NCBI GenBank assembly: GCA_903842235.1
Contig: CAIMLG010000105.1
Span: 1,621-65,620 of the forward strand
DNA from: an uncultured Verrucomicrobia subdivision 3 bacterium
Lineage (GTDB): Bacteria; Verrucomicrobiota; Verrucomicrobiia; Limisphaerales; UBA11358
Reading direction: 5' to 3'
Length of the DNA: 64,000 nt
Made by a program: the position numbers and the translations under genes. This document shows positions 1 to 9,020 of this stretch, one piece after another. Every line of letters starts with the position of its first letter. Positions within the stretch are counted from its first letter, which is position 1. The notes below the pieces were generated by a model. The model was not told where the DNA came from, ran no database searches, and saw only the letters and a list, made by a program, of their open reading frames with translations.

Positions 1-358
1 CTGTTCACGCTCAAGAACCTGGCCCCGACGCGATAAAAGCCAGGGCGAGTGCCCGCCGCGAGGCAAAAACCCGAAACGCTGCCCCCTCAAAAACCTAACC
101 GCGCCACGACACCTCCGACAAAATGTTTTTTCTGCAGCCTCCGGGAATCACCCTCCGTTCACCTCGACAACATCATTTTCTAAGCCCGACGGACTCCTAG
201 CGGCTGGGCTTGGATCATGAGCAGGCGGTGAACCCGCGGGAAAGCGTTCCGGTATCAACCGGCCTGATCTTAGCCGTGGTTGACCATGTCGGCGTGGTTC
301 CGTGGTTCAGAGCCGCGTCAGTGGTAAAGAAGCACCCACTACGAACCATCGGACCTCA

Positions 359-405
359 CCGGGTCTCACCGGCCATCCTCTGGCCGTTTGACCCGGTTAT
401 TTTTT
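359..405 (+). terminator. Intrinsic-terminator-like structure
   Basis: CCGGGTC (359-365) pairs with GACCCGG (390-396). A nested GGCCA/TGGCC stem lies at 371-375/381-385, and TTATTTTTT follows at 397-405. No convincing CDS lies between 37 and 405, so the transcript it would end is unknown. Confidence 0.45.
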
Positions 406-546
406 CCCTCCGCCGGCTTTCCTCGGCCCGTGGAATGCGCAGCCTATTCCACTGGGCAGCGTTGCAACTGTTACCTTCCGCCCCCCTTGGCCGTTGAATG
501 TTGGCTGTTCAAAGTTCCCCCTTTCGCGGGTTTCGTTCGCGGTTAA

Positions 547-975
547 ATGTCGGTGGCTGGTCAGGCCCGCCCGCTGCGCCTTTTGCGCCTTTTGGCGGCT
601 GACTGGATGGCCGCTTTTCCGGTTCCAGCTTTTATCGGGGTGTCTGTGACCCTGCCACCCGACGGAACTAATTCGCTGGCATTCGCATTGACAGCCATAG
701 GCGGAACCCACAACCTCCCCCTCATGGAACTCATCGGGGTCAGCTTGTTGCTGCTGGGCGTGGTCATTTTTGTGATTGGCGGCTTGCTTTTCTTGATCGC
801 GGCCTTCCGGGAAAGCCTTTGGTGGGGGCGGACCTGTCTGTTCATCCCCATCGTCCAACTATTCTTTTTGATCGTGCATTGGCCGGAGGCTCGGAAGCCC
901 TTTCTGCTTCAACTGCTGGCCTTCGGGATAATTCTTGTGGGCTTCCTGATCAGTCCGCAGACGCTTCACCGTTAA
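547..975 (+). CDS. Small hydrophobic membrane protein (hypothetical)
   Basis: 142-aa ORF with several long hydrophobic stretches (LIGVSLLLLGVVIFVIGGLLFLIAAF, LFIPIVQLFFLIV, LLQLLAFGIILVGFLI). I recognise no family. Overlapping antisense ORFs look like GC shadows. Confidence 0.45.
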   Translation: MSVAGQARPLRLLRLLAADWMAAFPVPAFIGVSVTLPPDGTNSLAFALTAIGGTHNLPLMELIGVSLLLLGVVIFVIGGLLFLIAAFRESLWWGRTCLFIPIVQLFFLIVHWPEARKPFLLQLLAFGIILVGFLISPQTLHR

Positions 976-996
976 TGCCGCGTTCCGCCCTTGGGT

Positions 997-1019
997 GGGG
1001 CGAGCGTCCCCGCGAGCCG
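997..1019. repeat. Interspersed GC-rich repeat GGGGCGAGCGTCCCCGCGAGCCG (copy 1)
   Basis: An identical 23-mer recurs at 45516-45538. Both copies are intergenic. Confidence 0.7.
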
Positions 1020-1428
1020 GTTCCGGCATTTCGGGTTCGGGTTTCACTGGGGCGGCGGGAATCGTCGGCACCGTTGGCCCGTCCAGCACGAACAGCGGCC
1101 GCCGCACGCGCCGAATGATGGGTAAAAGTTCGTTCATAATTTTGGTATCCCTTCCCTCTCCCCACCCAATAATTAGTATCGCGATGCCACAGGATGAACA
1201 AATTCGAATATTTCGACACAACGGGCTGCACTCAATAAGCCGGCTGCCGCTGCCGAAACTCTTTTTTATAATTTCCGATTTTTTTTCAGGTTTGAGGACC
1301 ATCCGGCGCAATACCAAGCAGAGTCACTGAATCAATGCCATAGAGCGTATGCCGCTTGTGTCATGCCCTGTGTCCTGTGGACACGGGTGGGGATTCTTTA
1401 AAAACTATAGCCTATTGCCAAATTAAAT

Positions 1429-2196
1429 ATGAAAATCCGATATCAACGTAATCCGAGTTTCCGACTGGCTGGCTTCTCAGCCTCAGGGCTAACCCAACTG
1501 TATTTGGTTGCCGCCTTGATGTTTCTGGGGGGCGTTTTGGGCGCTTCGGCCGGCAATGTGTATCTCCGGGCGAATGATGCGAGCGGATCTTCGTCGGTCA
1601 CGGGTTCGACGAATTGGAATCCCACCGGGGTGCCGGTGGCTGGCAATACATATTATACCACCAACACCTCCGGCGTGGGCTTGTTGATGCGCACGCCCAC
1701 CGGCCTGCGGAACGATATCTTTCTCGGCGACGCGCTCGTGCTCTGCACCAACCTCAACAATGATACGCTGACCATCAAGGGCGACCAGGGGAGTGTCCTG
1801 ACCGTGAGCAACTTGATCATGGCCGGTGGCAGCGTGGCCAATGGTGCAAGCTCTGCCAATGCGGCAACGACCAACACGCTCGCCGGTTTTATTAACGTGG
1901 TGGCGGGTTCGCGGTTCAACCCCACGTCGGCCGGGCGTGCGATAGTGGTGGTTGCCGCCATCACCAATGGCGTCAGTCCCATCACCTGCGCCAATCCGGG
2001 CGCGGTTTGGATGCTCGGCACCAACTATGGTTTCACCGGCAAGATGGTGGCCAACGCCGGCTGCACCTTGCGCATCACCAACCAGTTCAATTTGGGCGGC
2101 AATCCGGCAGCCTTCACCGCCGACCAGCTGCTGCTCGACAACGGTGTTTTGCAGGTGACCAACAATGTTTCGCTCAACGACGCCAACCGGGGGTGA
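1429..2196 (+). CDS. N-terminal fragment of a giant autotransporter-associated beta-strand repeat exoprotein (signal/anchor plus head module), ended by a frameshift
   Basis: N-terminal hydrophobic segment LTQLYLVAALMFLGGVLGASA. The head-module-like motif follows (WNPTGVPVAGNTYY...LMRTP...FLGDALVL...IKG). The ORF stops at ...NDANRG* inside a G5 tract and continues in another frame (see 2193..8111). Confidence 0.75.
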   Translation: MKIRYQRNPSFRLAGFSASGLTQLYLVAALMFLGGVLGASAGNVYLRANDASGSSSVTGSTNWNPTGVPVAGNTYYTTNTSGVGLLMRTPTGLRNDIFLGDALVLCTNLNNDTLTIKGDQGSVLTVSNLIMAGGSVANGASSANAATTNTLAGFINVVAGSRFNPTSAGRAIVVVAAITNGVSPITCANPGAVWMLGTNYGFTGKMVANAGCTLRITNQFNLGGNPAAFTADQLLLDNGVLQVTNNVSLNDANRG

Positions 2197-5100
2197 CCTT
2201 GGGCGCCGGTAACGGCACCTTGGATGTGGGTTCAGGCGCGACTTTGATAATTGCCGATCCGATCACCGGCGGCGGCAAACTCACCAAAAACAGTGCGGGC
2301 AGCTTGATTCTGAGCGGCGCGAACACCTACACCAATGGCACCACCCTCAATGCCGGTATTCTCAACGTGCAAAACAGTTCGGGTTTGGGCACGAACGGCA
2401 CGGTTACGTGCGTCACCCGCAACGGGGGCATTCAATTGCAGGGTGGCGTTAACCTTCCGGCGGCGGTCAATTTCACCTTGAGCAATGATGGCACCGGCGC
2501 CAGTCCGCAGATTCCCTACGCGCTCGACAACGTTAGCGACAACAACACGATCAACGGCGTGATTACGCTGACCACCGGTGGCGGCGGCGCGGCCATCCAG
2601 TCTGACAGCGGGGCGCTATTGATCACCGGCATCATCCGGATTGCGTCCGGCCAATCTTCCCGCGGCATCACCCTGCAAGGGGTTTCCACGGCCGCCAATA
2701 TGATCAGCGGGGCCATCACGAACGGTGCCAATGGGGTGAACAGTGTCACCAAAACCAACGCCGGCACTTGGACGCTTTCCGGGATGAACCTCTACGCCGG
2801 CCCCACGATCATCAGTGGCGGCACGCTGGCCTTGAGCGGCAGTGGTTCGATTTCCTCTTCTCCGCTCATCAGCATCGCGTCGGGCGCGACGTTGGATGTC
2901 TCGGGGCTGTCCTCTACCTTCACGCTGGGTGCGGGCCAGAGCCTTTCCAACAGCGTAGGCACGGTGAATGGTTCTATGGCAACGGCGGCCGGTGCCACAA
3001 TTTATCCGGCGACGGTGGGGGCGGCGGGAACGCTGACCGTTAACGGCAACATCGACCTGAGCGCCGGTGGGATTGTCACCTTTGATTTGAGCACCAGCGC
3101 GGCCGGCGGCAACGACCTGGTGGCCGTGGGCGGCAATCTGACCTTGAGCAGCAGCGACTTCATTCACATCAATGCCTTGAGCGGCGCTCTGGACACAGCT
3201 GATTATGTTTTGTTCTCGGTCAGCACGGGCACGACCATAGCCACGACGCCGGTGCTGGTTTGGGATGGTTCGATTCCGGGTAATTATCTCAACTACAGTC
3301 TGTTGAAAGTCGGCAATAATGTGGTGCTTCGTTACTCGTCCTCCACGGCCCCGTCGGTCACGGCGTCCGTCAACCCCGCTTCGGCCATTCGCAATCAAGC
3401 GGTGGTGGTGACGGCCAATGTAACCAAAGGCAGTGGCAATATTGTGAGTGTGACGGTGGATTTGACCCAGATTGGTGGCTCCGCCACGGCGGGTCTGGCG
3501 TTGGACAGCGCGAACAGCACTCCGCCCACCTATATCTACACGAACACCTTTTTTGTCCCAGCCAGCGTTACTTTGGGAAACAAATCGCTGACCGTTGTGG
3601 CGACCGATGATTCTTCTCCCACACCTTTGACCGGGACTTATGTCATCACGCCCTACACGATCAACCCGAACGCCGTGACTTGGGACGGCGGCGGGGTGGA
3701 TAACAAATGGACTTCAAACGCCAATTGGACGAGCGATATTGGGCCCGGCTACATCGGCGACAGCGTGGCTTTCGATACGGGCAACCAGTTGGCGGCGGAC
3801 ATGGACACCAATTACACCGTTGCCGGCGTGACCTTCAACGGCGGGGCGGGCGCGTTTGTCATCGGCAGCAGCACCGGCAGCACGCTGACCAGCAGCGGCG
3901 GCATGGTCAACAATTCCTCCAGCCCGCAAACGCTGAATGTGCCGGTGGTGATTAGTGCGGCCCAGACCTTCAATGCGGTATCCGGCAATTTGACCCTCAC
4001 CACCAACGTCACGCTTGGTGGCAACACGCTGACCGTGGACGGCGCGGCGAATACGACCCTCAGCGGCTTGATTGCCGGCACGGCGGGCCTGACCAAAAAT
4101 GGGGGCGGCACCCTGGTGCTTTCGAGCGCGAATACCTATGGCAACAATGGGGGTTCCGACACCCTGGTCAATGCGGGCACGCTGGTCCTGGGCAATGATC
4201 TGGCATTGGGAACGAGCCGGTTGAATATTTCGGATGGGGGAACCGTGCAATCTGCGGATAGTTCGGCGCACATCATTACCAATCGGCTCAACTTCGGCGG
4301 CGTCGCCGGGGCCAACGCGATCTTCGGCGGCACGGGTAATCTTAAATTTACCGGCTCGGCCGCCAATGGAACCGACAAGATCCTGACGGTGAACAATCCC
4401 CAGACCGAGTTTAGCGGCGGGCTGAGCGGGGCCAGCAAGCGCACGGTGGCCGGCCCGGGCACGCTGATTCTCAGCGGCGCGAACACCTACAGCGCCGGCA
4501 CGACGATCAACCCGGGCGCCACGCTGCAACTGGGCAGCGGCGGCACCACGGGTTCACTCTCCACCAGTGGAACGATTGATGACGAGGGCACGCTGATCTT
4601 CAACCGCAGCGATTCAATTGTCCAAGGCACCCACTTTAGCAGCGCCCCCATTATCGGCGGCGGCGCGGTGGTGCAAGCTGGTTCCGGCACCACCACATTG
4701 AATGCGGCGAACACTTATTCGGGCGCCACCACCATCAGCGGCGGCGAATTGTTCATCACGCCGGCCTATCAGGCGGGCGGCGCTGTCACGGTTGGTGACA
4801 ACGCCAAATTCGGGGTTTCCGCCAACTCGGTCAGCACCAGCGCCACGATTGGCAGCCTGAATTTGGGCGGCGGCGGGGCGACCACGCTGGACTTCGCGTA
4901 TGGGTTTTCGGGCAATCCGACCAACGCCGCCCTCGCGGCGGGCGCGGTCACCCTCAATGGCACCAGCGCGATTCGCGTCAGCGGCAGTTTTGCCTTGGGC
5001 GCGTTCCCGGTGCTCAAATACGGCAGTCTTTCCGGAGCCTTTGCGAGCACGGTGGCCGGCCCGCGGGGGGTGACGGCAACGCTGTCCAACGATGTGGTTA

Positions 5101-8100
5101 ACCAAATTATTTATGTAAAGATTTCCTCGATTGGCAATGGGATAGTCTGGACCGGCACCAACAGCGTTTTCCCCAATCTCTGGGATTTGAACACGACGAC
5201 CAACTGGCTGTTCGGCGGCTTGCCGGCGGTTTATATCGAGAACGTGCCGCCGGGAGACGCGGTGACTTTCAATGACGCCGGCAGCGGCCTGGTGCTGGTG
5301 AGCAACACGGTGAGCCCGGCGGGAGTGACCATCAGCAATGCGGCGGTCAACTACACGTTCCAAGGCTCCGGCCAGATCAATTCCCCCGGCGGTTTGACCA
5401 AGGTTGGGGCGGGCACCGTGACGCTGAATGTGCCCACGACCTTCGCTGGTAACACGGTGGTTTCCAATGGCACGATCAGCCTTGGCGCCAGCCAAACCTT
5501 TGCCAATTTGTCCGGCAACAGCGCCGTGACTGCGCCATCGGGCGCGGTGACGCTCACGGTCAACGAAGGCTTGACCAGCGCCTTCTCCGGAAACCTTTCG
5601 GGGGCGCTGGGCCTGACCAAGACCGGGACCGGCCAGATCACGCTGACCGGCAGCAATAACTTCTCCGGCAATCTTTTTGTGAAAGCCGGCGGGTTGACGC
5701 TGGATTCCGGGTCCGTGGCCGCGAACAATTTCTGCAGCGTGGGCCAGAACGGCACGGACAACGGCGCGCTGACCTTGAAAGGAACGGCAGCCTGCACCAT
5801 CAACAACGACTTGAACGTGGCTGACGTGGGCGCCTCCGTGGGCACCTTGAATATTCAGGACACGGCCAGTCTGATCATGAACTCGTTCTTTATCGGGTCG
5901 GCCAACGGGGCCGGTTCGACCGCCAGCGGCACGGTTAATCAAACCGGTGGCACGGTGACGCAATTGACCACCGGTGCGGGCACATTCTGCATTGGTGGCC
6001 GAGTCCAGACCAACTCGGTCGGTGGGGTGGGCGTCTATAATTTGAGCGGCGGCACTTTGATCGCTGCTTCGGGAATCCGCGTGGGCTCGGCGGGTCCGGG
6101 AACTTTTAATCAGAGCGGCGGAACAGTGATCCCCAACGGCGACTTAAATATCGCCCGCTTCGCCGGGGCGACCGGCACCTACAATTTGGATGGCGGCACC
6201 CTCGTTTCCCGCGTGACTTCGAGCACCGGTGCCAACGCCGTCTTCAATTTTAACGGCGGCGTGTTGATGGCGGCCGGGGATAACACCACCTTCATGGGTA
6301 GTTTGTCGCAGGCCAATGTCCGAAATGGCGGCGCGGTGGTGGACACCACCAACTTCAATGTCACCATCGTGCAGAGTCTCCAGCACAGCCCCCTCGGTGG
6401 TGATAATGCCATTGATGGCGGCTTGACCAAACGCGGCAACGGCACGCTGATCCTGAGCGGATCGGGTTCCACCTACACCGGGCCAACCGTGGTTGCGGGC
6501 GGCACGTTAAGCCTCCTGCCCAATGCAGTTGTCAGCCTGAACAACACGACGGTCAGCAATGCCGCCTTGAGCCTGACCATGAACTATGGCTCGGGAACTT
6601 GTTATGCCGCCGACCTGACCTGGGCCGGCAACTCGGCCTTGAACGTGAACTATGGCCTCGTGCTGGGTGTGCCCCCCGTGGCCCTGGTTGCCAGCGGCAA
6701 TCTGACCGCTTCCGGCACCAACATGATCAATCTGAACGCCTACGGATTGACGGTGGGCCAATATACCTTGGTCGCCTATTCCGGCCCCCCGCTCGCGAAC
6801 CTGAGCCACTTCAGTTTGGGAACCATCCCGGTGGGCGTTACCGCTAGCTTGTCCAACAACGTCGCCAATTTGTCCGTTGACCTCGTCGTCTCGGCGGTCG
6901 GGATGGCGAACTGGATTCCGCTGGCAAATTCGGATGCCGCCGGCGCCTCCAGTTTCAACGCGGCGCTCAACTGGCTGGATGCAAGTGTGCCGACGGCGGG
7001 CAACGGCTATTTCACCCGCAACTTTACCCTGCGTTCGCCGGCGGATGCCAACGCCTACACCTTTGGCGGCAGCATTTTGGCGGTGGATGCGGGCGGCCGT
7101 TTCTTAATGAAGGGCAACAATGGTCAGGTCATCACGGTTACCAACCTCGTGTTGAACGGCGGCTTGGTGGACTTTGCCGTGACCACGGCGGATAACTTTA
7201 CCGAAACCCTGGCCGGCAACATCTCGCTGAACGGCGGCCTGACCAGCTATCTGGGGGCGGCGGGGGCGGCGGGGGCGGCGGAAACCTTGTTTGTGGACGC
7301 GCCGGTCAGCGGCAGCGGCAATCTCCAACTGGGCGGCCCCAGCGTGAATAGCGGCTCGGATGTCGGCGTCGTGGTGCTGGCGGCCACCAACACCTATACC
7401 GGCACCACGACCGTGGCTGGCGGAACCCTGCTCATCAACGGCGCCAACGGTAACTCGGCTATCACCGTGAACGCCAATGCCACGCTGGGCGGGATCGGTT
7501 CGCTCGCCGGGCCGGTCACCGTGCAATCCGGAGGCAACCTGGCCCCGGGCATTCCGGCTCGCGGCGCTTTGACGGCCGCGATTGGGACGTTGACGGCTGG
7601 CGGCACCACCGTGGGCGGCACGGTGCTGATGAAAATGGATCGCAATTCGGCGCCGACCAGCGACCGGTTGGCCGCATCCAGCGTGGTGGTGAACCCCGGG
7701 GCAACCCTCACGGTCAACAACCTCGGCTCGACCAATCTGGTGGCGGGTGACACGTTCGCGTTGTTCAGTTCGCCGGTCAGCGGGACGTTTAGCACGGTCA
7801 ATCTACCCGCCTTGCCCGTGGCGAGCTTGGCGTGGACCAACCGGCTGGCCCTGGACGGGACCATTGCCGTGGTCGCCCTGGCGACCATCAATACCAACAG
7901 CCCGGTCCTCACCAATTCCTTCTCCGCTGGCTCAGTGAATTTGTCCTGGCCGGCCGATCACACGGGCTGGACGCTGCAGGTCCAGACGAATTTGTTAGGG
8001 GATGGCCTGGGCACCAACTGGGTGGATGTGCCGGGTTCGGTGCTAACCAACGAGGTTGCCATTCCGGTGACCATCACCAATGGAGCGGTGTTTTTCCGCT

Positions 8101-8111
8101 TGAAATTGTAA
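2193..8111 (+). CDS. Giant autotransporter-associated beta-strand repeat exoprotein, main part (continuation of 1429..2196)
   Basis: The ORF is open over 2007..8111, but 2007-2189 encodes Arg/Gln-rich out-of-frame noise overlapping 1429..2196. Recognisable protein begins at GVTLGAGNGTLDVGSGATL (2190). It has dozens of PF12951-type units (G.L.LSGANTY[TS]G.T.I..G.L), an Ig-like segment, a second head module (~6910), a neck module and an F-F-R-L tail. Confidence 0.85.
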   Translation: MTLGAGNGTLDVGSGATLIIADPITGGGKLTKNSAGSLILSGANTYTNGTTLNAGILNVQNSSGLGTNGTVTCVTRNGGIQLQGGVNLPAAVNFTLSNDGTGASPQIPYALDNVSDNNTINGVITLTTGGGGAAIQSDSGALLITGIIRIASGQSSRGITLQGVSTAANMISGAITNGANGVNSVTKTNAGTWTLSGMNLYAGPTIISGGTLALSGSGSISSSPLISIASGATLDVSGLSSTFTLGAGQSLSNSVGTVNGSMATAAGATIYPATVGAAGTLTVNGNIDLSAGGIVTFDLSTSAAGGNDLVAVGGNLTLSSSDFIHINALSGALDTADYVLFSVSTGTTIATTPVLVWDGSIPGNYLNYSLLKVGNNVVLRYSSSTAPSVTASVNPASAIRNQAVVVTANVTKGSGNIVSVTVDLTQIGGSATAGLALDSANSTPPTYIYTNTFFVPASVTLGNKSLTVVATDDSSPTPLTGTYVITPYTINPNAVTWDGGGVDNKWTSNANWTSDIGPGYIGDSVAFDTGNQLAADMDTNYTVAGVTFNGGAGAFVIGSSTGSTLTSSGGMVNNSSSPQTLNVPVVISAAQTFNAVSGNLTLTTNVTLGGNTLTVDGAANTTLSGLIAGTAGLTKNGGGTLVLSSANTYGNNGGSDTLVNAGTLVLGNDLALGTSRLNISDGGTVQSADSSAHIITNRLNFGGVAGANAIFGGTGNLKFTGSAANGTDKILTVNNPQTEFSGGLSGASKRTVAGPGTLILSGANTYSAGTTINPGATLQLGSGGTTGSLSTSGTIDDEGTLIFNRSDSIVQGTHFSSAPIIGGGAVVQAGSGTTTLNAANTYSGATTISGGELFITPAYQAGGAVTVGDNAKFGVSANSVSTSATIGSLNLGGGGATTLDFAYGFSGNPTNAALAAGAVTLNGTSAIRVSGSFALGAFPVLKYGSLSGAFASTVAGPRGVTATLSNDVVNQIIYVKISSIGNGIVWTGTNSVFPNLWDLNTTTNWLFGGLPAVYIENVPPGDAVTFNDAGSGLVLVSNTVSPAGVTISNAAVNYTFQGSGQINSPGGLTKVGAGTVTLNVPTTFAGNTVVSNGTISLGASQTFANLSGNSAVTAPSGAVTLTVNEGLTSAFSGNLSGALGLTKTGTGQITLTGSNNFSGNLFVKAGGLTLDSGSVAANNFCSVGQNGTDNGALTLKGTAACTINNDLNVADVGASVGTLNIQDTASLIMNSFFIGSANGAGSTASGTVNQTGGTVTQLTTGAGTFCIGGRVQTNSVGGVGVYNLSGGTLIAASGIRVGSAGPGTFNQSGGTVIPNGDLNIARFAGATGTYNLDGGTLVSRVTSSTGANAVFNFNGGVLMAAGDNTTFMGSLSQANVRNGGAVVDTTNFNVTIVQSLQHSPLGGDNAIDGGLTKRGNGTLILSGSGSTYTGPTVVAGGTLSLLPNAVVSLNNTTVSNAALSLTMNYGSGTCYAADLTWAGNSALNVNYGLVLGVPPVALVASGNLTASGTNMINLNAYGLTVGQYTLVAYSGPPLANLSHFSLGTIPVGVTASLSNNVANLSVDLVVSAVGMANWIPLANSDAAGASSFNAALNWLDASVPTAGNGYFTRNFTLRSPADANAYTFGGSILAVDAGGRFLMKGNNGQVITVTNLVLNGGLVDFAVTTADNFTETLAGNISLNGGLTSYLGAAGAAGAAETLFVDAPVSGSGNLQLGGPSVNSGSDVGVVVLAATNTYTGTTTVAGGTLLINGANGNSAITVNANATLGGIGSLAGPVTVQSGGNLAPGIPARGALTAAIGTLTAGGTTVGGTVLMKMDRNSAPTSDRLAASSVVVNPGATLTVNNLGSTNLVAGDTFALFSSPVSGTFSTVNLPALPVASLAWTNRLALDGTIAVVALATINTNSPVLTNSFSAGSVNLSWPADHTGWTLQVQTNLLGDGLGTNWVDVPGSVLTNEVAIPVTITNGAVFFRLKL
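7254..7280 (+). repeat. In-frame 9-bp x3 tandem repeat (GGGGCGGCG)3 encoding GAAGAAGAA
   Basis: Read directly from the sequence at 7254-7262, 7263-7271 and 7272-7280, inside the giant gene. Confidence 0.9.
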
Positions 8112-8120
8112 TGACAATCG

Positions 8121-8153
8121 CCGCCGGGACGACCATTGGGGCCGTCCCGGCGG
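8121..8153 (+). terminator. GC-rich hairpin after the giant gene (terminator/attenuator candidate, no U tract)
   Basis: CCGCCGGGACG (8121-8131) is the perfect reverse complement of CGTCCCGGCGG (8143-8153), with an 11-nt loop. It starts 10 nt after the stop at 8111. Confidence 0.35.
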
Positions 8154-8193
8154 TCCTTAACCAGCCATTAAAAATAGCCCCCTATTTAATCTC

Positions 8194-8982
8194 GTGATGA
8201 ATCTAACCTCCCCGCGTAAACAGGCCTTTACCCTGATCGAACTTCTGGTCGTGATCGCCATCATCGCCATCCTGGCGGCCATGCTGCTGCCGGCCCTGGC
8301 CAAGGCGAAGGAAAAAGGCAAACGCGCCCTGTGCGTCAGCAATCTCCGGCAGATTGCCGTGGGGATGACCGTTTATGCCGGTGACAATAACGATCTGGTT
8401 GTTGAGTCGCACATCGACGGGGCCTCGAAGCAGGGAGTGCAGAATGTTTTGGAGCCGAGTTCAGCCTCCGCTGCTGCCAGCGTGCAGTTGATCGTAAACA
8501 CCAACAGCGGAACTCGTTGTATTTGGGCCTGTCCGAATCTCCCGCAACTGCCCGGCTATGAGCCCGGCTCTTATAATCAATTTGACATCGGCTACCAATA
8601 TTTCGGCGGCACGGGCTTCAAAAATTGGGTCAACACGCTCGGCAAATTTACCGGCCATAGTCCCATTAAACTGGCCCAAGCCAAGCCGCATTGGGTCTTG
8701 GCGGCGGATTGTGTCATGAAAATAAACGGCGCCTGGGGCAAAAAGGATCCAACCCGCACGCTCTATGACAATATGCCGCCGCATAAGTCCGGCGGCGCCT
8801 TGCCGGCCGGCGGCAATGAAGTTTTCTGCGACGGACATGTGGAATGGATCAAGGCGCAATCCATGTATTATCTGACCACGTGGCAGACGGATGGCACCCG
8901 GATTTGTTACTTTTATCAGGATCCGCAGGATTTTGACGCGACCCTGCAGGCGGCGCTTAAATTCCTGGCCTTCAAACCTTGA
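8194..8982 (+). CDS. Prepilin-type N-terminal cleavage/methylation domain protein (pseudopilin-like, H-X9-DG-family-like C-terminus)
   Basis: Canonical N-terminus [27 protein letters not shown]. The C-terminal [15 protein letters not shown] resembles the DG-H motif of the H-X9-DG family, but the His spacing is not canonical (H-X15-DG). Confidence 0.9.
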   Translation: MMNLTSPRKQAFTLIELLVVIAIIAILAAMLLPALAKAKEKGKRALCVSNLRQIAVGMTVYAGDNNDLVVESHIDGASKQGVQNVLEPSSASAAASVQLIVNTNSGTRCIWACPNLPQLPGYEPGSYNQFDIGYQYFGGTGFKNWVNTLGKFTGHSPIKLAQAKPHWVLAADCVMKINGAWGKKDPTRTLYDNMPPHKSGGALPAGGNEVFCDGHVEWIKAQSMYYLTTWQTDGTRICYFYQDPQDFDATLQAALKFLAFKP

Positions 8983-9020
8983 AGCTCGGGCCCATCCAGC
9001 AGCTCGACGCGTAATCTAGA

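Noticed and set aside
1-36. Possible 3' end of a + strand CDS (LFTLKNLAPTR-stop)
   Set aside because: Only 11 codons are visible at the window edge, which is too little to support a call.
200-420. Possible cobalamin riboswitch (GGGAAAGCG..CCGGT..AACCGG, CAGTGG)
   Set aside because: The resemblance is only scattered. There is no clear B12 box (AGYCMGGAGACCKGCC type) or GCCACTG core. The downstream gene is an unrelated small membrane protein.
7911-8108. PEP-CTERM, LPXTG or autotransporter beta-barrel at the C-termini of the exoproteins
   Set aside because: I looked at all six C-termini. None shows a P-E-P plus TM plus Arg cluster, a sortase motif, or a ~250-aa terminal barrel ending in an aromatic residue. 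The shared F[FY]R[LV] tail is reported as a finding instead.
1429-8111. Periodic repeats that might suggest a CRISPR or tandem-repeat array
   Set aside because: The periodicity is at the protein level (degenerate ~20-30-aa beta-strand units) within continuous ORFs. There are no identical short direct repeats with unique spacers anywhere in the window.
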